Shown in pieces: positions 1 through 11,855 of a stretch of DNA of 64,000 nucleotides. The first letter of the stretch is position 1; every line of letters starts with the position of its first letter. The notes beneath the pieces were generated by a model. The model had not been told where the DNA came from. It worked only from the letters and a program-made list of their open reading frames with translations, and did not search any database. Where the stretch lies: assembly GCA_020184695.1 (NCBI GenBank), contig JAANOX010000156.1:58855-122854 (forward strand). The letters are read 5' to 3'. A program made the translations under genes and the position numbers. This stretch comes from Histomonas meleagridis 2922-C6/04-290x. Its lineage: Eukaryota > Protista > Parabasalia.

Positions 1-1493
1 AGGTCTCTATATTTTTTCACAAGAAAATAAACTTTTGATAATGGAAAAGATGAAGAAAGTTGTGCACGACGAATTGTTGTTAATATTGTTTTCATATCAT
101 CAACTTTATCATTGAAATTAGATACAGTAAGACATATTGTTGTTATTGATGTAAATACTGCATTAACTTTATCCAATACTGGTTTAAGATTTAATTCATA
201 ATCTTCATCGCCAATACCTTGTGAATCAATGAAAAAAATTGCTGTATCCTTATCAATATCAAGTGAATTACATTTTTCTTTAAGTTGACAATAGTCATCA
301 TCAAGCCTATTAATTAAATCAGAAACAATATATGGACCATCAATTAAAATTCCTTGTGTTTGACTTTTTATACCCTTACCTGCATAAAATGCCGCGTTTC
401 CAGTAAGTGTCCGAAGAAATGTAGATTTTCCTGATTGATATGGACCAAATAGCATCACTAAAACAATTGATCTATCTCCTGCTTTTTTCAAAACAGACTC
501 AAATACATCTAATAATATTGGATAAGATCCTTTTTCATTCCATGGGTGTTGTTTTCCAGGAAGTTCAATTAAAGGTGTTGGAATAATAAAATTATTTAAT
601 GGACATAATGCTGAATCCAATAATTGATTTTTATATGTGTCAAGAACTGATCTATTAACTTTTAAATCATCAAGGCCATTTTTTATCTTCTTAAATATAT
701 CCTTTGATTTTGGCCTTTCACTTGGATCCTTTTTAATGCATTTCATAAATATTTTTTTAAATAAATTCGGTATTCCAGAAGCAATTTGAGGGGGATTACC
801 ATCCGCGATGTTCTCATTAATTTGTTGAATACTCAAACCTTTATAAGGAGGAGATCCAGAAAAAATTTCATTTACAAGAAGCCCAAATGAATATACATCA
901 GTTTTTGGTGTATATTGTCCTCCTGATAAAACTTCAGGTGCAATATATGGAAGGGTAGACATTAGTTCTCCTTGAGGATTTTTATGTGAATCACCAAAAC
1001 CTGCAATAATTGGATGAAAGTTATCATCAATGAGAATATTATCGACTTTAAGATCATGATGTATTATTCCTTTTTCATGAAGATACTTTAAACCAGTAGC
1101 AATTCCGAAGATAATCATAGTTTTTGTGAGTAAATTCCATTCTGAAGGAGGTGAATTAATGATGTTACGTAAAGTACCATTAATATAAAACGGGGTAATA
1201 AGAACTGCCTTTTTGTAATCAGGATTGGGATAAAAACCAACCAATGATTGGACTGCTGGATGTGATAATTTACATAACGTCTTGAATTCATTAACAAGTG
1301 ATTTATATGAATCTTCTGTTAAGGCTCTTTTCATTGCAACGATTTGACCTGTGTATTTGATGATTCCTTTATCAATACAGAATTCTCCTTTATGTATATT
1401 TTTTTCTGAAATTTCGAACAAGTCAAGAGAATCAATGAAACGACGCTGTTCTTCCTTAGTGAATTCGTGCTCATTTCTTTCTAAAACAAGCAT
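1..1493 (-). CDS. Protein pseudokinase (TKL-like) fused to a GBP/atlastin-like P-loop GTPase; 3' end runs off the window
   Basis: Hand translation of the minus strand from ATG 1493 stays open to base 1, which probably explains its absence from the ORF track. Kinase motifs: IVAMKR, IIHHDLKVDNILI, IAGFG, YIAPE, DVYSFG, ERP. GTPase motifs follow: GPYQSGKS (G1), SQTQGILI (G2), FIDSQG (G3). Confidence 0.8.
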   Translation of the reverse strand, partial: MLVLERNEHEFTKEEQRRFIDSLDLFEISEKNIHKGEFCIDKGIIKYTGQIVAMKRALTEDSYKSLVNEFKTLCKLSHPAVQSLVGFYPNPDYKKAVLITPFYINGTLRNIINSPPSEWNLLTKTMIIFGIATGLKYLHEKGIIHHDLKVDNILIDDNFHPIIAGFGDSHKNPQGELMSTLPYIAPEVLSGGQYTPKTDVYSFGLLVNEIFSGSPPYKGLSIQQINENIADGNPPQIASGIPNLFKKIFMKCIKKDPSERPKSKDIFKKIKNGLDDLKVNRSVLDTYKNQLLDSALCPLNNFIIPTPLIELPGKQHPWNEKGSYPILLDVFESVLKKAGDRSIVLVMLFGPYQSGKSTFLRTLTGNAAFYAGKGIKSQTQGILIDGPYIVSDLINRLDDDYCQLKEKCNSLDIDKDTAIFFIDSQGIGDEDYELNLKPVLDKVNAVFTSITTICLTVSNFNDKVDDMKTILTTIRRAQLSSSFPLSKVYFLVKKYRD

Positions 1494-4145
1494 TCGTTGT
1501 TAATTTGAAGTGAGATCCAAATCCCCAAAAATTCTATCAAAATGTTCTGAAAAAATGCCAGTTTACATTGCTGTATCGTGTTAATCAAATTGTATACTTT
1601 ATCAAAGTTTGATGAAAAAGTTCCTTTAAAACTCCGCACTCTCAAATTTATTTGTTGTGAATTATCGGCAGCATAATTCAAAAAAAATGAAAAATGTCAT
1701 TTTGTTATTGTACGATTATTTAAACACAATAATGCGAATGATAATGCTTTATTAATGGTTCGCTAGACATGTCTGTATTAATAATAATTCAATTTGATTT
1801 CGAAAATGTATTTGATTTAGAAAACTTATTCGATTTACTAAATAAATATGTTTGTGTTAAAGTGTGTGTTGGGTAAATATATTGGGTACTTTTTTTATTT
1901 ATAATCACCTGCCCTTTTCATTCATTCATCTCCGATATCATCTAATAAATGAACATTTATAAGTTTTTTAAGTGTAAGATAAAATATTTGTACATTTTTA
2001 CTTTGTAATAACCCACATGAAAGATTCTCGAAAAATCCTGAATTATGATCATATGGGAAAACTTCATTTCGGATCAATTTATTATCAGATCCTATTAGTG
2101 AAACAATCGCAGATTGTAAAAATGAAAATTTGATATTTAAAGATAATTCTTTATCATGTTGTGTTATTTGATTAACATTTAATTCTTGATTATTATCGAA
2201 ACGAATGTTGTTATTATATGAATAAAATTAATCGTCCATAAACATTTGGAATACAATCACATTAGAAATCAGAAACAATAATGTTACTTTCATAATTAAT
2301 AATGATTCCAATCACCTTGTCGAATTTTACTTAAAATTTCGTTCTCTGAAAGGAACCAGTTTGATTAAATAAATTATTTTTTGATTTATTATTATAACAA
2401 TCTATATAATAATAATGAGTAAAAGGTCTTGCTGTTTTTACTGTTTCATCGATTGGAAAATCAATATTTTGTTCAGAAATATAACGAATTCAGGTTTGAA
2501 TATATAACTTGATTAAATATATATTATTATATTCCATATAAACACTTTTTAATTTGATGACATCTCAGAATTTTGTCGATTCATCTGCAGCAATTATTGC
2601 AAAAATAAGGACAAGATAATACTAAAAAAAAATCATTAAAAATTGTTAATATAATTTCTTTAGTTAATTTTTTAATTATCAAATTAGAATTCTGATTTAA
2701 TATGTTTCTAAATCCATAAATAATTTGTGGGAATGTTGGAATAATTGAATGCAATTGATACTGTGCAATTAACATAAAATACTTTATAATGAGCATGAAA
2801 TACTTTGGAGATATTCATTCGTGATATATAAGCGTTTGTGGGGACCTGTTTACTTATTAATGCTACTAAATCTCAAAATTTAACAATAAGCAAATTTTTG
2901 CAAAATATAAATTTCTAGAAACACAATAAAATACGATAATTATACCCAAAATTTAAAGTTTAGGAAATTAATGATTACATAATTTTATTTATATCAATTA
3001 AAATATAAAAACCTAATTAAACTTCAAAGATCATCAAAATAATTAATCAATTTTTTTCGAAAACACCACTCATGAATGTATAATTGATATGAATATTGAG
3101 TATAAATCGAACGTCTGAAAGCTATTGAATAGACTCTCAATTTGATAGAGTAAATTTCAATAAATATCTTCCATAGTGTTGATTTTATCGAGAAAATTTC
3201 TCAAAGACAGGGTCAACCAACTTTCCCTCTTATAGATTTATTTTTAATTTTAAAATTATTTGTAATATGCTTAGTACATTCTAATATATAACATATAATG
3301 ACAGCAGACAAATTTTTATGAAGATAAAATAATTTATTAAAAATTTCATTTCCTTTGAATTTATTCACTTTCCATTTAAATTTGTATACAATACAATACA
3401 GTTTTTAAACCCAAAATGATCGTCTAGGTCAAAACAACACAATCAATCAATCAGCCACAGCTAAGCCAGAGGCTGCTTTAATCAAATCTGATTAAAGAAA
3501 TATTAAGAAGTAGTTTTACTTACTGTTTAATTTCGTATAATACCTGGAAGCAATGTTTCTTCCAACTTTATTAGTCGATCTGTGTTTTGAAGCAGTCAGA
3601 ATCCAATTTTGATTCGAAATCCCATTAATAAATGTCCCTTCTTTGCTTTTAGATTGGCCTCAATTGAATTACAGACTGGTAAATTCCTGTTTTGGAATCC
3701 TCTTGTACACGGATACGAAAAATTACTCATAAATGAAATAACTGGTTAAGATTTTGACGATGAAATTTACCTCAAAAGGCAACAAAGTAACGTGTTTTCA
3801 ACAATTTTTCAAATATAAATACCTCAAAACGTTATGCGGAAAATCCTTAGATATGAATTTTTGATTGATAAATATCATATTATAAAGTATTATTTTAAAT
3901 TTATAAATAGATTTTCAAGGCCATTTTTTTTGTCCCATGTTCTGATGTTACAACCAACTGGCCATATATATAAATTTACAAACTCCGATTTATATAGTTA
4001 ACTATAAATGAAATTTACAGGGCGCCCCTTATAACAATTTATGGCAAATTATTGTCAAAATAAGTCAAATCGTTTTGCAGCTTGATCGGTTTTGACTGAA
4101 AAAATAAATTTCACTTATGATTTCATAATTTTTGCTTGTTGGTAC

Positions 4146-4827
4146 TCACCATCTGATGCATGGTGAACGAATAAAATATGGTGATGAAAAGAGAAGTTCT
4201 CTGCTTTGATTAGGTTCTGTTAATTTCCAGATAGTGATCGATTGTTCAGAAGATGCAAGAAGATATCCTCTCTCATCAGAAACTTGCAGTGGAACAAAGC
4301 TAAAATCTGTGATGTATGATAAATTTTTTTCGTCGTCATCAAACATATCATTAAAAGAAGATTTTTTGCTAGGAGAAGTAATAGTTGTGTATTTGGGAAC
4401 AGAAACCGATACGTCCGGAGGTTTAAAGGCAACAGGACGAATTTCTTCTAAAGGATGAAATAATGTAAATAAAATTGGAAAATCCAAATACTGTGACATA
4501 GATGATTCAGGTGACCTAAGTAATAGAAGTGATTTGTGGAGTGGAAATATTTTTGCAATTTGAAATGGAAGAGGAATTAAAAATTAAGCCGCTCTTGTGA
4601 AGCACGGCCAAGAATTGGTCATTACCAATCACACATAAGGTTGCATCGATTGCTTCGTTTGAAACTGTTAAATGATGAAGAAGACAGCGATGCTTTGACC
4701 ATATCAATTGATTACTGAACCATAATAACTCAAAACCATCACTGTTAACTTTGTAATGATGTTTTTGTGTTGGATCTGGTAATTTATTGATTCCAAATGG
4801 GGAATAAACCCCAACATTTCGAATCAT
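4146..4827 (-). pseudogene. Anaphase-promoting complex subunit 1 (APC1) N-terminal fragment, frameshifted and truncated
   Basis: ORFs 4516-4827 and 4146-4499 join through a frameshift at a T-run near 4580. The other frame reads LIPLPFQIAKIFP. Motifs YSPFG, ELLWFSNQLIWS, LPFQIA and LFTLFHPLEEIRP resemble the APC1 N-terminal WD region. Stops follow downstream. Confidence 0.65.
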
Positions 4828-6112
4828 TACCAGTTAAGGATCGAATTTTTAAACGGTCGCTGGTTTCGAAACATTGTTTTTAATGAAATATTTTTAAATA
4901 TGTCAAAAAAAATTGTGAATTTTAAATTATGCCATAATGACCAAACTGAATAACGTAAATTAACGGTCATTCTATGAATAAAAGATTCACAACGCATTTT
5001 ATTTGATGGGTTTCTTGATTTTTTATTTTTAGAACTCAATCATAGAGGCCTTCTATGGGAGGTTGACATTTTTTTCCCAATTTATTTCTCATGTTTCATC
5101 AAACATTGAAGTAAAACTTTTTGATTGGAGGTTTTCGGTGTATCTTTGAATACATTGTCTTGAATTGCTTGTAATTTAAATATCAATGTAATTACTCGGA
5201 TCCGAGCATCGATCGATGCTTGAGTTCTCCTTCATTGGAAAATTGTTGTGAACGGCTGATTATTTTGTAATACGATTCGCTTTTTTTTTTTTAATTTTAA
5301 CGTTCATCTCCCACTTTTTCCGAAAAATTTTAATAATGTTTCAAACCTTAATAATATTTTAACAAATCAATATATAAAAAAAATTTATATGACAAAATTT
5401 ATGTTCAATGTGTGTACAATTATTATTTAAAAATTCCAATCAGAACTGGAGATGCTACACCTCAATTGCAACACCCTGTCCTTTATCAAATGAATAATTC
5501 TTTCTTGACTTTCGAACATCAGATTTATACTTTATATTTATCAACATTATATTTGCTCAATTTGTGGTGCTGAAACTAATTGCTGTTTCAGGAAATCTTA
5601 TCCAGACGGTGTCGTATTTATAAATAGCTATGGACTGATAAGTAGGCACAAATCCTCTATAAAGTAAAATACAATTTTTGAAAATTCAAAATAAACCTAA
5701 AAGAAAACGGGATTAATGAGCTTACCATGGTAAATGTTTGTCCTAAAAATGTTCCCTTGTTAACCCTATAACTTATTTTGCATTTGTAATATCTTTAATT
5801 TGGGTAACCAGGTTTACAAGGTAATACGCATAGCAGACATGGTTTATTTACATCAATTAGATAATTTAAATAACAAGCTTGTTATTTATCTTTTCTCCAT
5901 TACATTATCTGGTTAGTGTGGGTATTCCTTATTTCATTCGTAAGTGCGGTTCGAGTCAACGATACAATTGTATCTTTGTTGTGATTTCAATGGGGCGAGG
6001 TTGTAAAATTTGATCGAGGAAGAAATGGATCAATCGAGAAGAAAATATTGCCCATGGACAAAAAAAGAAGAAAAAAACTTATGTGGATTTAAATAGTGAC
6101 TTTGAAGGAGAT

Positions 6113-6850
6113 CTAATTAATTGATGAAATATTTTCCTGATATAATTGTGGGTGAAGCTGTGGAGCTGATTTAGAGCGCGGTACATCCTGTTTTGGCTCA
6201 ACCTTCTCAAAGACACGAACCTTTTCAACTTCAGCTTTAGGTATTAAGCTTGAATCACTTTCATCATCAATGTAATCTTCATCGAAATTATATATTATGT
6301 ACCCGCTAGAAATGAAAAATTCCCATATATGAATATGTTCGGATGGTTCAGTAACAAATGGATTTTCTTTAACCATAAGAATACCATCTTCTCCTTTTCC
6401 ATAGTAATCTTTAATCACCTTAGTTTGGACAAAACCTAGTTTTTTATAAAGATTTTGTGATTTCTGGTTTTTGATTTCTGTATGAAGATAAAAACATACA
6501 GCATCTGGTGATGAATTGATAACATGACTCATCAGGACTGTTGCTACGCCTTTTCTCCTGTATTGTTCCAAAACACTGAGAGTTGAAATATATAATACCA
6601 TCTGATTTTGTTTTACATTCCAACTGACTGTTATCTCTCCAGCTGCTTCTCCATCTATAAGTGCTATAAAACCATACATAAGAAATCCTTCACAAACTCG
6701 ATTATAATAATTATCTTCATAATTCATATTGAAATTAGCTTGGTGCATAAATCTGACTAGATCAATGTTTCTTTCGTCTACATATGCTAGTTCTATTTTG
6801 GGTGCTGGAATGAATTCTTGTTTCTTTCGGATTTTAATTACATCTGGCAT
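6113..6850 (-). CDS. GNAT-family N-acetyltransferase (NAA50/RimI-like)
   Basis: YISTLSVLEQYRRKGVAT acetyl-CoA motif A; YLHTEIKNQKSQNLYKKLGF...DYY motif B. Confidence 0.85.
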   Translation of the reverse strand: MPDVIKIRKKQEFIPAPKIELAYVDERNIDLVRFMHQANFNMNYEDNYYNRVCEGFLMYGFIALIDGEAAGEITVSWNVKQNQMVLYISTLSVLEQYRRKGVATVLMSHVINSSPDAVCFYLHTEIKNQKSQNLYKKLGFVQTKVIKDYYGKGEDGILMVKENPFVTEPSEHIHIWEFFISSGYIIYNFDEDYIDDESDSSLIPKAEVEKVRVFEKVEPKQDVPRSKSAPQLHPQLYQENISSIN

Positions 6851-7035
6851 TGGGGCTCGTTCGAATTTGCCAAAATTTTACCAAATTCAGACCTTTACAT
6901 GCACTTTTCTGTAATTTTTGAATTCAAATAACCGATTTCATACAATTGTATGAAATTGTTCAGAATATCAATCAAATTTTTCACTCGTTTTTAATCGATT
7001 TATACTGAATTTTGATGTCATTGAAATAGTTTTTC

Positions 7036-8296
7036 ATGAGTTCTTATCAAATATTTCATGAAATTACTTCAACACTTACAATCATAAATTTAAATGAATT
7101 TAATGAAATTTCTCAATATAAAAATATTGTGAAATATAATTATATAATTATCAGTGAAAATATTTATTCAATTCCAAGCAGTTCATTTTCAGAATGGCCT
7201 TCAGTTGTTTCAGTTGATTTTGGTAACTCAGTCACAACTATTGGAAGTTGTTCATTTTCGTCATGTTCTAATTTAGTTACGATTATAATTGGAGAAAATG
7301 TTACAGAAATTGGTGGTTCAGCATTTTCAATGTGTTCATCAATCAAAAACATTACAATTCCAAATTCAGTTACAACAATTGGAAATTATGCATTTTGCAT
7401 TATGTTCTAATTTAACTTTATTAACACTTGGATATGGAATAAAAAATATTGGAAGTTCAGCATTTGGTAATTGTTATAATCTTCAATGCATTTATTATTA
7501 TGGAGATTCAGAACCAGAAATTGGTGAAGGTGCATTTTCTAATGTTTTTACAAGTGTTATCACATATCCAACATATGTAGGAAGTAAATTTGGAAATTTA
7601 GATGTTGATAAAGAAAACACAGAAGGAACATGCGAACCACTTCCAACACATTCATTTAGTCAATCGAATACATTTATTTAATCAAATACTTATGCACATT
7701 CAGATTCAATATCATTCTCAGAATTATACTCATTTAGTCAATCGAATACATTTACTGCATCACTTCAAAGTGATATTACATATTCATTATCATTTTCATA
7801 CACATTAACAGTTACATTATCAACTACACATTCATTAACTATTTATGAAACAAAAACGAAATCAATTTCATTATATATAAATAATTCGACATTTTCATAT
7901 ATTGAAACAGAATTTATTTATTACAATTACACGATTGTTATTTATTCGACTTATTGTAATTATTATTCCAATTTCTTTACAATGTTTTATACTGATAATA
8001 ATGATAATCAAAATAGCGATAATAAAACAACGATTATTATCATTTCAGTTTGTGTAATAGTTATAGTAATAGTCATTATCATATTCTTAATTAAATTAAT
8101 GAAACATATTCGAAATATCTTTAATACATTCAATATGATGAATAATGAGGTACAAACATCAAAGAACACATGGCTTATTTACATCACAGATTCAGTTCCA
8201 ATTGAATTAGATCAAGATGATAAAGAAATGTTGACTGAAGCGCGAGCACGTCTTACCAAGGTAAGAAAGCGAACGTCAATTAGAAGCATTACGTAA
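7036..8296 (+). pseudogene. BspA-like (TpLRR) surface protein pseudogene: LRRs, Ser/Thr-rich stalk, transmembrane helix
   Basis: Repeats of the type IPNSVTTIGNYAF and IGENVTEIGGSAF. An extra T near 7395 shifts the frame. An in-frame TAA at 7679-7681 sits inside the SQSNTF repeat, and the frame continues into TM IIIISVCVIVIVIVIIIFLI (ORF 7982-8296). Confidence 0.85.
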
Positions 8297-8540
8297 TATT
8301 ACATCATTAAAGAAGAAACGTGAACAAGCGAACCAGGCATTATTATTGAATAGAAAAATGAAGTTTGAAATTGATGTTATTAGCACGCGCAAAGGGAAGA
8401 ATTCAAAATATGATACTAAAGACGACGACAAAATAGCGAAACTTCAACTAATTGGACTCATTAGGAACAATATTCAAGAGAAGAAACAACGGAAAGAAGT
8501 TACAATTACCCAACTTAAGTTAACAGTGACATATAGTTAA
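8189..8540 (+). pseudogene. CDC5/Cef1 (Prp19 complex) internal fragment joined to the BspA tail
   Basis: PIELDQDDKEMLTEARARL, then after a frameshift ERQLEALRNITSLKKKRE. These match the CDC5L segment PIDMDEDE-EMLSEARARL...EKQLEEARRLAALQKRRE. No Myb repeats are present. Confidence 0.65.
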
Positions 8541-9225
8541 TTAATCAGCATTTTTTGGATCGGTTAAATGTTTTAAATTTTTACTTATGAATGGTGCAAA
8601 TGTAGAAAATACTGTATTTTGCACTTGCAGGTGGAAATGAAGAAATTATACATTTATGTGAACAAAATCATTCTTCATTTAAAGAATTATATGAAGCAGC
8701 AATTATATATCATAAAAACGAAACAGAAAATATTTTCCATAATACTTAATAAAAATTCCATAATATATTTTTAACGAAAATAAGAAAATTAGAAAATAAC
8801 TCATAGCTAAAATTTTAGATTTATTGTTGAAAAGGTATCATTTGCGCAAATAGTTCTTTATTCCCATAATTCCTTGTAATTTTATAAAAGGATATTGTTA
8901 TTGGGGTTTTTTCAATGAAATATAGTCCACTTAATAGATTTCCTGTTTCTATTAATTCATTGATCATTAATTCCCAAACCTGTTTCATATGATTCTGAAA
9001 ATGTTTTATGATTTTGTTCACATAAATTTCATTACGTTAAAACTCAAGCAATTACTGTCACTTTTGAAAATAGAAGGAACTTTATGTCATAAGGTTCGAA
9101 TTTTATTTACAAATTTATAATGAAAATATTTACCATCATGCATGATGACTTTAAATATATATTTAAAAAATTGAAATCAATTTGTAAGTAGCTAATTTTG
9201 TTGGTAATTATCTTCTATCCAACAA

Positions 9226-9235
9226 GACCGTTTAT
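9226..9235 (+). promoter_or_regulatory. M3/Myb-recognition-like core promoter motif GACCGTTTAT
   Basis: Lies 11 nt before the ATG of the RRM gene. The CCGTTTAT core recurs before other starts in the window. Confidence 0.55.
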
Positions 9236-9246
9236 TCCCGAGCTAA

Positions 9247-9888
9247 ATGAAAAAGAATGTATTTGGTGTTGTAGTTGCACCAATTGGACATATAGATTCA
9301 TCGTGCATTAAACCTCTATTTGAGCGATGCGGTGAAATTGAAAAAATTGATTTTAAAAAGGATAATCATAAAAATGTCTCTTGTCAAATATTTTTTAAAA
9401 CGGTAAATGCAGCAAATCTTGCTGTAAAGGAATATGATGGTGAAGATTTCATCGGAAAACGAGTGTCTGTTATTCGAAGTGATGAACCAATTTTGCAATG
9501 TTCATCAACTGAACAGGAAGTTCAACCAAAAAATCATAACAATAACCAACTAAAAAGTCCTCCTTTAATTAAAGCTATTACAAAAAATTCAAATATTGAT
9601 ATACAAAAACCAACCCAAATAGACTCTAATCAATTACCTCCTGAACAAGCTCCAATAGTTGAAGAGGTTGACATACCTAATAACATCACAGCGGAAATAA
9701 AACCTACAGATTCAAATAAAAAAGAACAAATTTCAGATTCAACAGAAGAATACTCAAACTCATCTTATTCGTCAACAAATTCATCAGATGAGAGAAAGAG
9801 CTCAAGAAAAAAGTCAAGAAAAAAACATCATAAACCCCATCATCGACATCATCATCATCACCATCATCACTCTAGACGTCGCCATTAA
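9247..9888 (+). CDS. RRM protein with Ser-, Lys/Arg- and His-rich C-terminal tail
   Basis: RRM-like IKPLFERCGEIEKIDF...CQIFFKTVNAANLAVKEYDGEDFIGKRVSV; tail HHRHHHHHHHHSRRRH. Confidence 0.75.
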   Translation: MKKNVFGVVVAPIGHIDSSCIKPLFERCGEIEKIDFKKDNHKNVSCQIFFKTVNAANLAVKEYDGEDFIGKRVSVIRSDEPILQCSSTEQEVQPKNHNNNQLKSPPLIKAITKNSNIDIQKPTQIDSNQLPPEQAPIVEEVDIPNNITAEIKPTDSNKKEQISDSTEEYSNSSYSSTNSSDERKSSRKKSRKKHHKPHHRHHHHHHHHSRRRH

Positions 9889-10010
9889 AAATATAAATTT
9901 TAAAATATTATTAAAATATGTTTTGTTAATTAATTGATGAAAACTAATTTTGAGACGAGTCTTGTGTACTGTATCGCTACGGTTTTTCGGTTATTTTAGC
10001 ATCTGGTGAA

Positions 10011-10286
10011 ATGAACTTTAACCCAGAAATCGATAATGAGATGATGTTTCCTGAAGCTACATTCACTAAAATGGCCAGGGAATATGGAAAATCTACGAAA
10101 GAAATGCGGCGTGCAGTCAGACAATCAACAACTTTGTTTATTCATTATATTATTGATTATGCTGCTCAAAAGCATCAAGGAGATGACGAAGAGAGAGAAG
10201 TAGCTATAAAGCCACTTGATATTATCAAAGCAATTCAAGAATTAGGATTTGATTCTATTTCAAGAAAGCTCAAGAACCAAAAATAG
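10011..10286 (+). CDS. Histone-fold protein, POLE3/Dpb4 (CHRAC17)-like
   Basis: FPEATFTKM...AVRQSTTLFIHYIIDYA...DIIKAIQELGF matches the H2B-like histone-fold pattern of POLE3/NF-YB/NC2beta. Confidence 0.6.
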   Translation: MNFNPEIDNEMMFPEATFTKMAREYGKSTKEMRRAVRQSTTLFIHYIIDYAAQKHQGDDEEREVAIKPLDIIKAIQELGFDSISRKLKNQK

Positions 10287-11103
10287 AACTATTTTCATAA
10301 ATGATCTGTCTTATATATCAAATTGATTCTACTTTTTCATTTTATTTTGTTGATATTGACTAATGTGTTATTTTTTCCTGAAAGTGATATTGATGTGATA
10401 TATAGTTTATCAAGAAAATGGAAAAAGATTTCATTTTTCAAAAAATACCTCTTGCAAAAATATTAAAATACTTGTATAATTAAGCAATTAATATCTTAAA
10501 AATAATCAAGACCATATGTTTGATAAAATATAATAAAAAAAAATATTAAACCCATGAAATTTTCATCCAAATCTGTAAATAATGCTTTTTTATATTACTT
10601 TCTTCAATAATCACTTAAACCTGAAATCAGATTTTCCAAAATTTATAAAAATGCCAAAATCTAAATAAGAACAAAAATGCCCCATCATGAAATCAATATA
10701 TCTTCTAGTATATTGTATAATATATTTATATGAATTTTTAATACTAAATAAACAAAATAATATCTTGAGTATACTTTGAATGATATCGATATGGAAATTT
10801 GATAACTTTATTTAAAATCTACTTTGGTAATTACATAAATTATTTAGAACAGCACTAATGATAGCATCGTTAAATGGTCACACAGAAATAGTCAAATTCC
10901 TCCTGAAAAAGAAGGAAATGCTATAAACACCAAATAAAAATATTTATAGTCGCTCAATGGTTCCTCAAAATTAAGTTCTATATGTATTGATTTTTAAATA
11001 TTTATTAAGTCATAGTACAAAAATATGAAAATGTATAATGAAATAATTCTAAATTTTTTTTATTTTGAGAGAACAATTTTAAAAAAGTTCACAAACAATC
11101 ACA

Positions 11104-11700
11104 TTACACAAAGAAAAAAAACAGTCCTTGGAATTTCACTAGGAAAATTAATTTTTGGTTGTTAATGAGATGATCGTGTTTGAATGCATTTTCATTTTTT
11201 CTCTGTTCAATCCTAAAAACAGAAAATATTGCAAAGCAAATGATAACAACTTCAGTGCATGATAAACAAATCAGAAGAATCTCAAATAAATTTATCATAC
11301 TCTCAGATCCCTCAAAAGAATAATTCACAGATTCGATGATTTATTCAGGAATATCAAATACTTTACTTGTATTTTCCAAATCGATATTCTTTTCATCAAA
11401 AACGAACTTTCTTGTAAAAACGTTTCGATCTGGTTTAAAGAATGCATCTTCTTTTGTGTATTTATAATGTGGTTCTTTTATACCAAGAATACTAAAAAAT
11501 TGCCTTGGATTATACGCATATTGATTATGACTAAATGGAATACTTAATTTACCAGATCGAAAGTGATATTTCGATTGTATCGTTTTTGTGTGATTATTCT
11601 TAAATTAATTGAATCTGGTTGAATATTTTTCTCAATTATTTGAATGTAACCGACCCAATTTTTTGAGTTAAGCTTAACTCCAATTTGGAATTCAAGTTAT
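11104..11700 (-). pseudogene. Degraded single-pass membrane protein gene
   Basis: Protein-like reading (FRSGKLSIPFSHNQYAYNPRQFFSILG...) continues upstream of ORF 11104-11328 through an in-frame TAA near 11340 and a frameshift near 11560. It ends in hydrophobic ILLICLSCTEVVIICFAIFSVF. The 5' limit is approximate. Confidence 0.35.
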
Positions 11701-11855
11701 ATTACAATCGATAGTCCTATTATTTTATTAAAGTATGTATTCATTTATAAATGAAAATTATAGATTTCCATTTTTTTGATATCACAATCACTTTCAGGAA
11801 AGAATAACACATTAGTTAACATCAACAAAAATAAAATGAAAATGTTTAATCAATT

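Noticed and set aside
4827-5039. 70-aa ORF abutting the APC1 fragment
   Set aside because: APC1 similarity begins at ATG 4827, and this ORF overlies the promoter motif; probably spurious.
5893-5965. B-box-like GGTTCGAGTC (5948-5957) with an A-box-like TGGTTAGTGTGG upstream, suggesting a tRNA
   Set aside because: No acceptor stem or T-stem can be paired; at most an unrecognisable relic.
4560-7410. Spliceosomal introns as an explanation for the APC1 and BspA frameshifts
   Set aside because: No GT donor with a trichomonad ACTAAC...AG branch/acceptor motif was seen at the breaks; both lie in T-runs.
8560-9030. Possible decayed ankyrin or other gene on the minus strand
   Set aside because: Only a vague IAASYNSL resemblance; no consistent frame.
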